NCBI GenBank assembly: GCA_965199955.1 | Contig: CBDATQ010000002.1 | Coordinates: 736,001-800,000 of the forward strand | Origin: Spirochaetia bacterium | Lineage (GTDB): Bacteria > Spirochaetota > Spirochaetia > SZUA-6 > Bin103 | Length of the DNA stretch: 64,000 nucleotides | Direction of reading: 5' to 3' | Shown here: positions 29,691 to 40,098 of the stretch, piece by piece | Position numbering within the stretch: the first letter of the stretch is position 1 | Layout: each line of letters begins with the position of its first letter | Notes under the pieces: generated by a model | Told to the model about the DNA's origin: nothing | Database searches by the model: none | What the model saw: the letters and a program-made list of their open reading frames with translations, nothing else | Made by a program: the position numbers and the translations under genes

Positions 29691-30908
29691 CTACTGCGGC
29701 GTTGTGTCTGCAGCTTGGCGGCGGATGAATCTGCGCAGAAGCGGCACGGCAAACGAGTACCTTCCATGTCGATTCTTGTACACCAGGCCCTGGGCTGCCA
29801 GCGCGACGAGCATCTGGTTGACGTGGCTGCTGCTGAATGGCTTTTCTGAAGCTCGCAGCGACTCCGCGACCACATCCTGAACCGTGAACTCATCGTCACA
29901 GCTCGGAAGCCGGGAAATGACGAACAGCAGATCGCGCTGGCGATCGGTCGCGCGAGCCCATCGTCCTGCAAAGAAGTCCGCGTCGAGCTTTTTTTCGATC
30001 TCCGCAACCGGAACCAACGCCTGACCACCCATTTCGAGCCTCTGCATGAAGGCGTCGTACACCTCTCTGCAGATGAACTGAATGAAGTACGGATACCCTC
30101 CCGACTGCTCGACGATCGTCTCGACGGAGTCGTCACTGAGACTGACCGGACAGTGCGAGTCTTCCACGGGTCTGCGAACCGCTTGTTCGCTCTCCTCCCT
30201 GTTCAGGCTCTGCAGAAACACCACCCTGAACATCCGTTCGGCAAAGGTCCGTGCCTCCACTAGCTTGGGAAACAAGGTCGGCAGCCCCGTCAGGACCAGC
30301 ATCAGGGGAAGCCCCTTGCGCTGCAGCGATTGGAACGTGTCGAGCAGGAGCGACAACGGATACTGTTCCTTGGTCGACTGATCCGAGAGGTTCTGTGCTT
30401 CGTCATACGCAAAGACGATCCCAGGCACGTTCGGTGACTTTGATACGGCGCCCCACGCGAGTTCGAGAACTGTCTTGAGCTTGTCGAGCGCCAGACCTGG
30501 AGTGTGGTTGTAGATCTCGATGAGCTCCCGGTAGCCGAGTGTTCGCTTGATGGTATCCGCCGTTGTCGCGAATCCCGCGTGCCGTACCTCGTCGACGGCG
30601 ACGACCACGCCGGAGGTGACCGGCGCCAGATCGGTGCACAGCCGTATGGCCATGGTCTCCTCGCTCACGCTGGTCGACTCGGAGAGGTCAGTCCCCACCC
30701 ACAGCCAGCCGCGGCGGATTGCCTCTGGCTTGAATGAGTCGAGAAGGACAGTCTTGCCCACTCCTCGAAGTCCGGTGAGCACCATGTTCTCCAGGATCGC
30801 GGTCTGCCGGAGCAGCCTCAGGAACTCCTGACGCTCCGCGTACCTGCCCGCGAGGTATGGCGGTGGGTGGCCCGCACCAGGGCGAAACGGGTTGGAGAAG
30901 CCGGTCAT
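29691..30908 (-). CDS. STAND-like/AAA_16-type ATPase with probable C-terminal winged helix
   Basis: NPFRPGAG..LAGR, GLRGVGKT, YDEAQ, SGGYPYFIQ. Confidence 0.85.
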   Translation of the reverse strand: MTGFSNPFRPGAGHPPPYLAGRYAERQEFLRLLRQTAILENMVLTGLRGVGKTVLLDSFKPEAIRRGWLWVGTDLSESTSVSEETMAIRLCTDLAPVTSGVVVAVDEVRHAGFATTADTIKRTLGYRELIEIYNHTPGLALDKLKTVLELAWGAVSKSPNVPGIVFAYDEAQNLSDQSTKEQYPLSLLLDTFQSLQRKGLPLMLVLTGLPTLFPKLVEARTFAERMFRVVFLQSLNREESEQAVRRPVEDSHCPVSLSDDSVETIVEQSGGYPYFIQFICREVYDAFMQRLEMGGQALVPVAEIEKKLDADFFAGRWARATDRQRDLLFVISRLPSCDDEFTVQDVVAESLRASEKPFSSSHVNQMLVALAAQGLVYKNRHGRYSFAVPLLRRFIRRQAADTTPQ

Positions 30909-30940
30909 GTGAGCGTTACCTCCTTCAACACTTGAGCATA

Positions 30941-30969
30941 AATTTAGTAGTACGACTTTATTTAGTCAA
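30941..30969 (-). promoter_or_regulatory. AT-rich promoter of ATPase, with repeated ATTTAGT boxes
   Basis: TTGACT-N17-TAAATT; AAGGAGG RBS; ATTTAGT at 30942 and 30960. Confidence 0.65.
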
Positions 30970-31042
30970 CAGGGTTGAAGGGAGTCAGCTTCAGAACGCA
31001 CCGTGCGCCGACCCGAATGGGGAGACGGGCGAGTCCGGGCGC

Positions 31043-33151
31043 TCACCGCCAGCGGAGCAGCTTGAGCCGGTTGTTGAAGTGGTCAGCGAAGAGCAGGTGG
31101 TCGTCGCCGTAGCGCCGGATGCCGCCGAGGTGGTTGAAGCGGGCGCTGGCGGCCGGGCCGGAGCCGGTCTCGCCGGCCTCGCCGCAGCCGGCCAGGGTGC
31201 GCAGCTCGCCGGCCGCGGTCAGGCAGCGGATCAGGTGGTTGCCGGAGTCGGTGAAGAACAGCGTGCCGTCCGGGGCGACGTCGAGCCCGCGCGGGGTGTC
31301 GATACGCGCGCGCCGCGGGTCGTTCCCGTCTGCGGCCTGCCCGGCCGTGCCGTCGCCGATCACGGTGTCGATGATCCCGTTCGGAGCCACGCGGCGGATG
31401 ACGTGATGGACGCTGTCGGCGAAGTACAGGCTGCCGTCCGGGCCGAAGGCGAGCGCTTCCGGCGTGCCGACGCGGGCGGCGGTGGCCTTGCCGCCGTCTC
31501 CGCAGTAGCCGGGCAGTCCGATGCCGGCCACCGTGATGACGATGCCGGTCTGCGGGTCGATGCGCCGCACGCGGCCCACGGCGTCGCCGAAGTACAGCGC
31601 GTCGTCCGGGCCGTAGCGCACCGACATCACCATCACCACGCTGGCGCTGATCGCCGGACCGCCGTCGCCCTTGTCCCAGGGCTGGCCGATGCCGCAGGCG
31701 GCGCGGATCGTGTCGCGCTCATCGATCACGCGGACGTGATGGTGGCGGCTGTCGGCGATGGCGACCCGCCCGTGGCGGTCGACCGCCACGTCGGTCGGGT
31801 TGCCCAGGTAGGCATCGGGCGCCGGGCCGCCGTCGCCGCCGTAGGCGCGGGCGCCGTTGCCGGCGACGGTCGCGATCGTGCCGCTGGCGGCGTCGATGCG
31901 GCGGACGCGCTGGTTCCAGCGGTCGGCGAAGTAGATGGAGCCGTCGGCGGCAACGGCGATCCCCAGTGGGCCGCGCAGGAAGGCGTTGTCGGCCGCCGCG
32001 CCGTCCCCGACGCCGGTGCCCCCCAGGACGGTCGTGACGATCCCGGTCGTGCCGTCGTAGCGGCGCAGCCGGCCGGAGCAGTCGCCCCAGAGCACGGTGC
32101 CGTCCGGGTCGGCCCAGATCGCCGCCTCGACGGAGTTGCAGCCCGTCTGGCTGCCGTGCAGCCCCTCCTCGCCCCACGCGGGCACGCCGTTGCCGACCAG
32201 GGTGGCGACGATGCCGGTGGCGGCCTCCACCTTGCGGATGCGGAAGCCGTACTTCTCGCCTACGTAGAGGTTGTCGTGGGTGTCCAGGCAGATCGCGTCC
32301 GGCATCAGCGTGCTGGCCTCCAGCGCCGGCCCGCCGTCGCCGTTGGAGGCGCGCTGGCCGTTGCCCAGGACGGTCGTGATGACGCCGGTCCGCATGTCGA
32401 TGCGGCGGACGCGGTCGTTGGAGTTGTCGCAGATGTACAGATCGCCGCGCGAGTCGAACGCCAGGTGCTCGGGGTGGTAGAAGGCGGCATGCGAGGCGGG
32501 GCCGCCGTCGCCGTGGTAGCCCATCAGGCTCAGGCCGGCGCCGGCGAACGGGCGGCTTCCGCCCTGCTCGGACGGGTAGTGACGGGCCGCGTAGCCGGCG
32601 AACAGGTCGATGATGCCGGTGCGCGCGTCGACGCGGCGGATGTTGCAGGCCCATTCGTCGGACAGGTAGACGTTGCCGTCGGCGTCGACGGCAACGCCGC
32701 AGGTGCAGTCGAGCTCGGCATCGACAGCCGGCCCCCCGTCGCCGCCGCGCCCGATCCGGCCGTTGCCTGCTACCAGGGTGACGATGCCGGTGCGGTAATC
32801 GATGCGGCGGATGGTGTGGTTGCCAAGGTCGGACAGGTACAGGTTGCCGTGCCGGTCCTGGTGAAGGTCGTGGGGCTCCCGGAAGCGCGCTGCCGCAACC
32901 GGGCCGCCGTCGCCCTCGGTGCCGGAGACGCCGTCGCCGCCGAACAGGTGCAGGATGCCCTCGCGGTCGATGCGCCAGATGCGGTTGCCCCAGTAGTCGT
33001 TGACAATCAGGTCGCCGTCGGGGCGGCGCGCCACGCCCATCGGCCAGCCGGCCGGGGCATCGCGGGCCGGTACCCCGTCGCGGAAGCCGGCGCCGGCCAG
33101 CACGGCGACCTCGCCTGCCGGCAGGGCGCTCATGATCGCCTTCAGCGACAT
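31043..33151 (-). CDS. NHL-repeat (teneurin-like) beta-propeller protein
   Basis: About 12 repeats of GxxGDGGPAxxA..P.G.A.D..G.LY..D..N..IRRID. Confidence 0.88.
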   Translation of the reverse strand: MSLKAIMSALPAGEVAVLAGAGFRDGVPARDAPAGWPMGVARRPDGDLIVNDYWGNRIWRIDREGILHLFGGDGVSGTEGDGGPVAAARFREPHDLHQDRHGNLYLSDLGNHTIRRIDYRTGIVTLVAGNGRIGRGGDGGPAVDAELDCTCGVAVDADGNVYLSDEWACNIRRVDARTGIIDLFAGYAARHYPSEQGGSRPFAGAGLSLMGYHGDGGPASHAAFYHPEHLAFDSRGDLYICDNSNDRVRRIDMRTGVITTVLGNGQRASNGDGGPALEASTLMPDAICLDTHDNLYVGEKYGFRIRKVEAATGIVATLVGNGVPAWGEEGLHGSQTGCNSVEAAIWADPDGTVLWGDCSGRLRRYDGTTGIVTTVLGGTGVGDGAAADNAFLRGPLGIAVAADGSIYFADRWNQRVRRIDAASGTIATVAGNGARAYGGDGGPAPDAYLGNPTDVAVDRHGRVAIADSRHHHVRVIDERDTIRAACGIGQPWDKGDGGPAISASVVMVMSVRYGPDDALYFGDAVGRVRRIDPQTGIVITVAGIGLPGYCGDGGKATAARVGTPEALAFGPDGSLYFADSVHHVIRRVAPNGIIDTVIGDGTAGQAADGNDPRRARIDTPRGLDVAPDGTLFFTDSGNHLIRCLTAAGELRTLAGCGEAGETGSGPAASARFNHLGGIRRYGDDHLLFADHFNNRLKLLRWR

Positions 33152-33235
33152 CGTGAAGCTCTCGGACCGGAGGGACGGGGCTGGGGAGTCATGCCGCGGA
33201 TCATATCGCGCCGGCGCCGGCTATACTTCGGCGTC

Positions 33236-34006
33236 ATGGATACGGGACGATTGGAAGGGCGTGTGTGCATCGTTACCGGCAGCACGGCCGGCATCGGCAG
33301 GGCGACGGCGGAACGGTTCGCCGCGGAGGGCGGCTCGGTCGTGGTGAGCGGCCGGCGGAAGGACCTGGGCGAGGAAATTGCGGCAGCAATCCGTGAGCGG
33401 GGTCAGCGCGCGATCTTCGTGCGCTGCGACGTCGGCGTCGACGCCGACATGGACGCGCTGGTCGCCCGCACTGTCGAGGAGTTCGGCGGGCTGGACGTGC
33501 TGGTGAACAACGCCGCCGCCGTGGACGAGGGACACAGCTACAACGCCGAGGACCTCGACCCCGAGTCCTGGGACCGGCAGCTCCGCGTCAACCTGCGCTC
33601 GGTGTACTACCTGAGCCGGCTGGCCATCCCGCATCTGCGCTCGCGCGGCGGCGGGGCGATCGTCAACGTCTCCTCGGTCGGCAGCCTGGTCGTCTGGGAG
33701 AACGCGGCGGCCTACCTGACCTCCAAGGGCGCGATGAACCAGCTCACCCGCTCGATGGCGATCGACTTCCAGCCGGACGAGATTCGCGTCAACGCCGTGC
33801 TGCCCGGCTGGATCCGCACCGAGGTCGAGGAGAAGCGGCTGGCCGAGAACCCGAACGCGATCGAAGAGGCGCTGGCGATGCGCAGCATCCGGCGGCTCGG
33901 CAAGCCGAGCGAGATCGCCTCCGCGGCGCTCTTCCTGGTCTCCGATGATGCCTCCTACGTGACCGGCACCTGCCTGGTGGTGGACGGCGGCTGGACCCTG
34001 AGCTGA
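33236..34006 (+). CDS. SDR oxidoreductase
   Basis: TGSTAGIG, NNAA, YLTSK; ATG 8 nt after TATACT. Confidence 0.9.
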   Translation: MDTGRLEGRVCIVTGSTAGIGRATAERFAAEGGSVVVSGRRKDLGEEIAAAIRERGQRAIFVRCDVGVDADMDALVARTVEEFGGLDVLVNNAAAVDEGHSYNAEDLDPESWDRQLRVNLRSVYYLSRLAIPHLRSRGGGAIVNVSSVGSLVVWENAAAYLTSKGAMNQLTRSMAIDFQPDEIRVNAVLPGWIRTEVEEKRLAENPNAIEEALAMRSIRRLGKPSEIASAALFLVSDDASYVTGTCLVVDGGWTLS

Positions 34007-34345
34007 TCGGCCGGAAACTTCCCGATCGCGCTACAGGTTCACGAAGCCGATGCCGATACTCGGAGTATCGGAAGGCCGCCGAGCTGCACCTTGATGGGAG
34101 AGGGAGCTCGGGCTTGACACCCTTGAAGCAACGGTGGAGGTAGCTGAGCCGATGGACAGGTGACATGGCCGTTCACACAAGCGGCCCGCTACAGAGCAGT
34201 CGCATTCACGTGAAGCCCGGCAGTCGTGTTTCGACTCGGAGGGCGGGCTTCGGCTCAGACGGCTCGGCGACCTTCCGACTCCTTCCTGCCAAGCCGGCGT
34301 TGACGCCATAGCCATTCCGCGGAGACAATCACGCGCGGAGGAATC

Positions 34346-34612
34346 ATGCCAGCCTACGACTACCACTGCCCCATGAACGGCCAGACCGTCGAGGTCAGCC
34401 ACTCGATGACCGCCATGCTCACCAGTTGGGAGGAGCTCTGCGACTTCGGCGGACTCGACTTGGGCGACACCCCGGCCGACGCGCCGGTCAGGCGCGTGTT
34501 CAACGCGCCGATGGTGGCCACGGGAGCGGAAGAGGCCACCGACGTGTGCATGGACAACCCGGCCGTATCGCGTGGCGGCTGCGCGCATGGCGCCGCCTGC
34601 GGTTGCTTCTGA
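34346..34612 (+). CDS. FmdB-like zinc-ribbon protein
   Basis: MPAYDYHC..VEVSHSM, Cys-rich tail GGCAHGAACGC; GGAGG RBS. Confidence 0.75.
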   Translation: MPAYDYHCPMNGQTVEVSHSMTAMLTSWEELCDFGGLDLGDTPADAPVRRVFNAPMVATGAEEATDVCMDNPAVSRGGCAHGAACGCF

Positions 34613-34636
34613 CCAGGAGTCGTACCCTCTTCAAGG

Positions 34637-35530
34637 GTGACCGCGGACGCGCCGCTCGCCACCTTCGTTCCCGAGCAGTTCAGAGAGCTGAGCGACCCGT
34701 CGCGGGACCTGCCGCGGCTCGCCAAGGAGCCGTCCGCGACGGCTGCGATCGAATCGGCCGTGTTCCAGGTTCCGACCAGCCATCGCCTGTTGCTCGGCGA
34801 CGCCCGCTTCGCGGCCCTCTCCGCCGAGTCCGTGCACCTCGTGGTCACCTCGCCTCCTTACTGGACGCTGAAGGAGTACCGCCGCACCGACGGACAGTTG
34901 GGGTGGGTAGAGGACTACGACGAGTTCCTCGACCAACTCGATGACGTCTGGCGCATGTGCTACGAGGCCCTCGTGCCCGGTGGGCGCCTCATCTGAATCG
35001 TCGGCGATGTCTGTCTCTCCAGGCGCAAGAACAACGGTCGACACACCGTCGTCCCGCTGCACGCTTCCATCCAGGAACGTTGCCGGAGCCTGGGATTCGA
35101 CAACCTGGCGCCGATCATCTGGCACAAGATCGCGAACGCCACGCACGAGGTCGATCGGGGGTCCGGCGGCTTCCTCGGCAAAACCCTATGAGCCCAACGC
35201 CGTCATCAAGAACGACATCGAGTTCATCCTGATGCAGCGCAAGGGAGGCGGCTACCGCAAACCGGACCTCGCCACCCGAGTCCTCAGCCTCCTGTCGGAG
35301 GAGTGGTTCAAACGGTTCTTCCGTCAGGTCTGGACCGACCTGCCAGGCGCGTCCACTCGGGATCATCCGGCGCCGTTCCCGGTCGAGCTGGCTGCCCGGC
35401 TCATCCGCATGTTCAGCTTCGTCGGCGACACCGTGCTCGACCCGTTCACGGGGACGGCCTCGACCCAGGTGGCCGCCGCGGCCTTCGGCAGAACAGCGTT
35501 GGCGTCGAGGTCGATCCCGTCTACTTCGAT
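34637..35530 (+). pseudogene. N4/N6 DNA methyltransferase (beta class), disrupted
   Basis: VTSPPYW, HPAPFP, VLDPFTGT; TGA 34994-34996, frameshift near 35180, truncated end. Confidence 0.85.
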
Positions 35531-35607
35531 GATACGGTCGACGTGGACGCAGGCAAGGTCAGCGGGCAGCGTCCTCAAGCCGTCGCCGTCTGAACGGGAA
35601 TCCATGC

Positions 35608-37035
35608 TTGTCCCGCAGTGAAGAACTGGCGTACGCGTCCGCCACGGACCTGCTGCGGCTGATCGCCGCCAAGCAGGTTTCGCCGGTGGAGCTCACCGAG
35701 CTCTTCCTGGACCGCATCGAGCGGCTCGATGGGCGGCTGCACTCTTTCCTGCTGCTCACTCCGGACTTGGCGCGTGAGCAGGCCAGCGCCGCCGAACAGG
35801 CGGTGCAGCGTGGCGAGGCGCTCGGCCTCCTGCACGGGCTGCCGATCCCGATCAAGGACACGCAGATGACCGCCGGCATGCGCACCACCAGCGGCTCGGT
35901 GTGGTTCGAGGACCGCGTGCCCGAACGGGACGACGCGGTCGTGGAGCGGGTACGGGCGGCGGGCGCCGTCATCCCGGGCAAGACCAATGCCTCCGAGCTG
36001 GGCTTCGTGGGCACCTGCCAGAACCTGCTCGGCCCGGACGGCGGCAACCCCTGGAACCCCGATCACACGCCCGGCGGGTCCAGCGCCGGGGCGGCGGCGG
36101 CGCTGGCCGCGTACCTGTGCCCGCTGGCGACCGGCAGCGACGGCGGCGGCTCGATCCGCATTCCGTCCCACTTCTGCGGGATCTACGGCATCAAGCCCAC
36201 GCAGGGGCGGGTGTCGTTCTACAGCGGCGCCCCAGCCGCGCCGACGCCGAACATCTTCTCCCAGAGCGGGCCGCTGGCCCGCACGGTGCGGGACGCGGCG
36301 CTGCTGCTGCAGGTCCTTGCCGGGCACGACCCGCGCGACCCGCTTTCGCTCCGCGAGGAGCCGGCCGACTACGTCTCCGCGGCGGACCGGGACATCGCCG
36401 GCATGCGGTTGGCGTGGAGTCCGGACTTCGGCTTTGCCGACGTGCATCCCGACGTCGCGGACGTGGCGTATCGCGCGGCGCGCGCATTCGAGGAGCTGGG
36501 ATGCCAGGTCGAGGAGACGAAGCTCAAGCTCGACCCGCCGTACGACACGTACGGAGCGCTCATGACCGCCAACGCCTACAACCGCTACCGGGCGCTGTAC
36601 GAGTCCGACGGTGAGCGGCTCATGGGCTATTCGACGTTCTTCCTCGAGCACGGCTCGCGCGTCACCACTGCGGACTACGCCCGCGCACTCGGCATGGTCG
36701 ACCGCCTGCGGGCGGACTTCGCGGACCTGTTCGAGGACTATGACCTGCTGCTGTCACCCACGGCGCGGTTCCCGGCGTTCCGCAACGCGCCCTATCCGGG
36801 CGAGGTGTCGGGCACGTCGGAGTTCCCGGACCAGTACTTCAACGGCGCGTTCACGATGCCGATCAACGCCAGCGGGCACCCGGCGGCCTCCGTGCCGGCC
36901 GGCTTCTCCGCCGGCGGCCTGCCCATCGGCCTGCAGATCGTCGGCCGGAAGGGCGACGAGGCATCGGTCATCGCCGCCTCGGCGGCATTCGAGGCCGCCC
37001 GCCCCTGGATCCGGCACCGGCCGCCGGTGTCCTGA
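35608..37035 (+). CDS. Amidase signature family protein
   Basis: [28 protein letters not shown]. Confidence 0.93.
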   Translation: MSRSEELAYASATDLLRLIAAKQVSPVELTELFLDRIERLDGRLHSFLLLTPDLAREQASAAEQAVQRGEALGLLHGLPIPIKDTQMTAGMRTTSGSVWFEDRVPERDDAVVERVRAAGAVIPGKTNASELGFVGTCQNLLGPDGGNPWNPDHTPGGSSAGAAAALAAYLCPLATGSDGGGSIRIPSHFCGIYGIKPTQGRVSFYSGAPAAPTPNIFSQSGPLARTVRDAALLLQVLAGHDPRDPLSLREEPADYVSAADRDIAGMRLAWSPDFGFADVHPDVADVAYRAARAFEELGCQVEETKLKLDPPYDTYGALMTANAYNRYRALYESDGERLMGYSTFFLEHGSRVTTADYARALGMVDRLRADFADLFEDYDLLLSPTARFPAFRNAPYPGEVSGTSEFPDQYFNGAFTMPINASGHPAASVPAGFSAGGLPIGLQIVGRKGDEASVIAASAAFEAARPWIRHRPPVS

Positions 37036-37064
37036 CGCGGCCGGCTCGGCACGCTGGGAGGGCT

Positions 37065-38195
37065 CTACGCGAAGTCCGATCTCCACAGATGCGTCGCGCG
37101 CGCGGCGAGTCGGCCTTGGCGGGCGTCCACCAGCTCGGGCGTCCCAGTGCTCGGGCGCCATGTCCGGGACTTGACGGCTCAGCGCATATCGGCTTCTGCC
37201 GAAGGTTTCCCGCCAGTCGTCCGAGGGGTTCTCCGGCAGGATGTGCTCGATGGTGCCGGGGTCGGTTTGCGGATCGCAGGGACGGTCTGCGGCAGCCTGT
37301 TCGAGTCGCGCCAGGATGTACTTCGCCAGCCTCTTGCTCTGCCCTCTGGTACTCACGGCCAGCCGGGAGAAGTCCTGTCGGGTCTTCGGGTCGTCCACGT
37401 AGACCGTTCCGAGGTGATCGAAGACCGCCGCCGGCCGGCGGGCGGTTCCGTCTTGAACGGCCTTGGCGGCGCGGTGATAGACGAGCTCCAGCGCGTTGGG
37501 GTTGAGGCCACTGACCACCGAATAGCGGAACGATATCGCGCTGACCAGCCGCATCACCCGGACGAAGTCTTCCGCGCCGAACGACTCCCACGTTGCGAAC
37601 AGGAGGGGCGTGGCATGACGAACCCGAAACAGGTCCAGTTCGCGGATGTATTGCCTAGCTTCCGGCAGATCCGTCCAGTAGCCATGGTTCGGATCCGCCA
37701 CCGCCGCGAACAGCTCCGCGCGCCGCTCCAGCTCTTCGAGCAGCGCAAACACGTTCTCCGGGGTTCTCGTTCGGTCGCGTATCAGCTTGAACAGTCGCTG
37801 GCTGCGTACCGGCGGCGACTCGCACAGCAGGTGACAGCGAAGGAACTCCGGGAACCGCTCCTGCTCGACGGTGGCAACGAGCGATCGCCAGCGGCGCTGA
37901 AGCGCATGCAGGTCGGCCCTGACGCGCACGAGTGAGAACAGGTAGTGGCGAGCCGCCGCTGCCCGTCGATGATCAGGAACTCGCGATCACCTCGTTCTTC
38001 GACTACCAGCGCGCCAAGATAGTGGCGGTCATCGGGGGGCGACCGCATGTCGATGATGTCGTGTCAGAGATCCTCCCATTGCTCTTCCGTCCACGAGTAA
38101 TCCCGCCGGTATGGCGGCACGCGGTAGTGTCTGCCGTTGCCGATCAACTCCAGGTAGTTGATGGTACGAGTGTTACGCATGGGGGCACTCGCCAT
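37065..38195 (-). pseudogene. GmrSD-like (DUF262/DUF1524) remnant
   Basis: VPPYRRDYSW..WEDL-TGA, IIDGQRRL, TIEHILP; internal deletions and frameshifts; ends HLWRSDFA-TAG. Confidence 0.8.
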
Positions 38196-38209
38196 CGCTG
38201 ACCCGTCCG

Positions 38210-39106
38210 TCAGACCCAGCCCCGCTCCACGAGCGGCTCGGTCAGCCGGCGCAGTGCGGGCCGGTCGGTGTGCAGGAGCTCTGGATTGTGCACGCCGTCC
38301 CAATCCGGCGTGGCGCCGCTGTACGACAGCGCCTGCACGGCGCGGTGCGAGCCCTCGTACGACCGCTGCATGCTAGCCCGCGCGGGCTCGTCCTCCGGAA
38401 CCGTGCAATAGCACAGGGTGAACATGCGCCGGCCCGAGCGGCCGCCGAAGGAGGAGTGGCAGAGGTTCTGATCGAAGAACACCACGTCGCCGGGGCGCGA
38501 GGCCACCACTTGGCACGGCAGGGAGTCCTGCCCGGCGCCGAACGCGGGCTCGGCCGCTTCCACGTCGAAGCCGCGCTCGCGGTACTCGTCGAGCTGCGAC
38601 GCATCGCCGCGGCCCTCGGCGATGACCTGCTTGATCCGGTCCACCATCAGTACTTCCAGCTCGTCGTGCATGGGGTTGCGGTGCGAACCCGGAATGAAGC
38701 GGATCGCGCCGGAGTCGCCGTCCACGGGGTCCAGGTAGAGCGACACCTTGATGCGGCGCAGCTCGAGCTCCAGGTCGCAGCCGTCGGGATGCCAGGCGGT
38801 ATCGCCCACGTAGTAGTTGCCGTCGGAGCCCCACCACATGATCGGCTGTCGGAACACCTGCTCGATCGGCCGCACGATGCGCGGGTCGTCGATCAGCGCC
38901 CGTAGCGCCGGGTGGCGCTCGGCGCAGGCGACCACGGAGTGGCGCTTGTCGCCGCGGAACGACTCGCCGGCGCGGTCCTCGGCCATCACCTCCTCGAAGG
39001 CGGCCACGATCCCCGCCGTCTCCGCCGGCGTGAGGAGCTGCGGGCGGACGACGAAGCCGAAGGTGTCGAAGTGCCGGATCTGCGCCGCGGCCAGCTCAGA
39101 CGCCAT
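38210..39106 (-). CDS. PhyH-family Fe(II)/2OG dioxygenase
   Basis: FDTFGF, WHPD, IPGSH, HSS..RR. Confidence 0.85.
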   Translation of the reverse strand: MASELAAAQIRHFDTFGFVVRPQLLTPAETAGIVAAFEEVMAEDRAGESFRGDKRHSVVACAERHPALRALIDDPRIVRPIEQVFRQPIMWWGSDGNYYVGDTAWHPDGCDLELELRRIKVSLYLDPVDGDSGAIRFIPGSHRNPMHDELEVLMVDRIKQVIAEGRGDASQLDEYRERGFDVEAAEPAFGAGQDSLPCQVVASRPGDVVFFDQNLCHSSFGGRSGRRMFTLCYCTVPEDEPARASMQRSYEGSHRAVQALSYSGATPDWDGVHNPELLHTDRPALRRLTEPLVERGWV

Positions 39107-40088
39107 TGCCGAAGTCGATGCTCACCTTGAGCGCGCCGTCGTCGCCGGAGCGGGCCAGCGCGAATGCCTCGGCGGCCTGCTCCAGCGGAAACCGGTGCGT
39201 CAGCAGGGGGCGGGTGTCCACCTCGCCCCGCAGCACCAAGTTCATGGCCGCGCCGTAGGGTGACCAGTAGGGGCTTGCGTCCTCGATGCCGGCGCCGGAG
39301 GCCTGCACCTCGAAGCGCTTCTCGGTCAGCGCCGCCGCGTCCAGGTGGTACGGGGACTCGTTCGGCGCGCCGAACAGGTGCAGCCGGCCGCCGGGGCGTA
39401 CCAGGCCCACCGCAAGCCGCAGGCCGGCGGTGGTCCCGGAGGTCTCCACCACCACGTCGGCCAGGAAGCCGCCGTTGGCGTCCTGCACCTGCTGCACGGT
39501 GTCCGTACCCGGCACGAGCGCCACCGTCGCACCGAAGTGAGCGGCAGCCGCGACCCGCTCCGGCCGCGTGTCGATGCCGGCCACCACGCCGGCTCCCATG
39601 CGCGCCAGCAGCGCGTCGAACAGCAGGCCGGAGGATCCCTGCCCGACCACGGCCGCGCACGCCGTGTTGAGCGGCGGGAAGGTGTTGCATGCCTCGATCA
39701 CCTGGCCGAGCGGGCGGGCGGTGGGCACCGCCTGCAGGTCGGGGTCCTCCGCCGGCGGCAGCCAGTAGACGGTCGAGTGGGGGACGACCACCGTCTCCGC
39801 CAGGCCGATCGCCTGCGTGCCGTAGAACGCGACGAGCTCGCCCGGTTCGTACTCCCGCCACTCGCGGGCGTTGTACTTGGCCTCGACCACGCGCGCCACC
39901 AGCTCGTGGGCGCTGGCGCCGGCCGGCAGCGGGTAGCCGTCGGCGGCGCCGTCGTACACGCGGCGCACGTCGTCGCGCGCCAGCGTGGCGGTGACCGGCC
40001 GCAGCATCACCTGGTCGGCCTCCAGTGCCGGCTCCGGGCCGTCGACGAACTCGATCTGTCCGGGGCCCGTCACATGAACGGATTTCAT
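39096..40088 (-). CDS. Divergent MDR (zinc-binding dehydrogenase fold) protein
   Basis: AHE, GQGSSG, DVVVETSG, LTHRFPL..LKV. Confidence 0.8.
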   Translation of the reverse strand: MKSVHVTGPGQIEFVDGPEPALEADQVMLRPVTATLARDDVRRVYDGAADGYPLPAGASAHELVARVVEAKYNAREWREYEPGELVAFYGTQAIGLAETVVVPHSTVYWLPPAEDPDLQAVPTARPLGQVIEACNTFPPLNTACAAVVGQGSSGLLFDALLARMGAGVVAGIDTRPERVAAAAHFGATVALVPGTDTVQQVQDANGGFLADVVVETSGTTAGLRLAVGLVRPGGRLHLFGAPNESPYHLDAAALTEKRFEVQASGAGIEDASPYWSPYGAAMNLVLRGEVDTRPLLTHRFPLEQAAEAFALARSGDDGALKVSIDFGNGV

Positions 40089-40098
40089 CCTTCTTCTC

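Larger units (their letters stand above)
29651..31053. mobile_element. Direct-repeat-flanked single-gene cassette
   Basis: Exact 15-bp repeat GCGCTCACCGCCAGC at 29651-29665 and 31039-31053; interior visibly lower in GC. Confidence 0.65.

Noticed and set aside
30857..34006. 1049-aa plus-strand ORF ending in an SDR domain
   Set aside because: First ~790 aa are the antisense shadow of the NHL gene; the SDR starts at 33236
34053..34071. Near-perfect palindrome CCGATACTC-G-GAGTATCGG (also GGCGACGGCCGTCGCC at 45661-45676)
   Set aside because: Single copies, no U-tract, no assignable function
34994..34996. In-frame TGA at a likely Cys position in the methyltransferase (selenocysteine recoding?)
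   Set aside because: Gene has further frameshift and truncation; other in-frame stops in the window fall at probable Gly, Trp and Lys positions, fitting nonsense mutations
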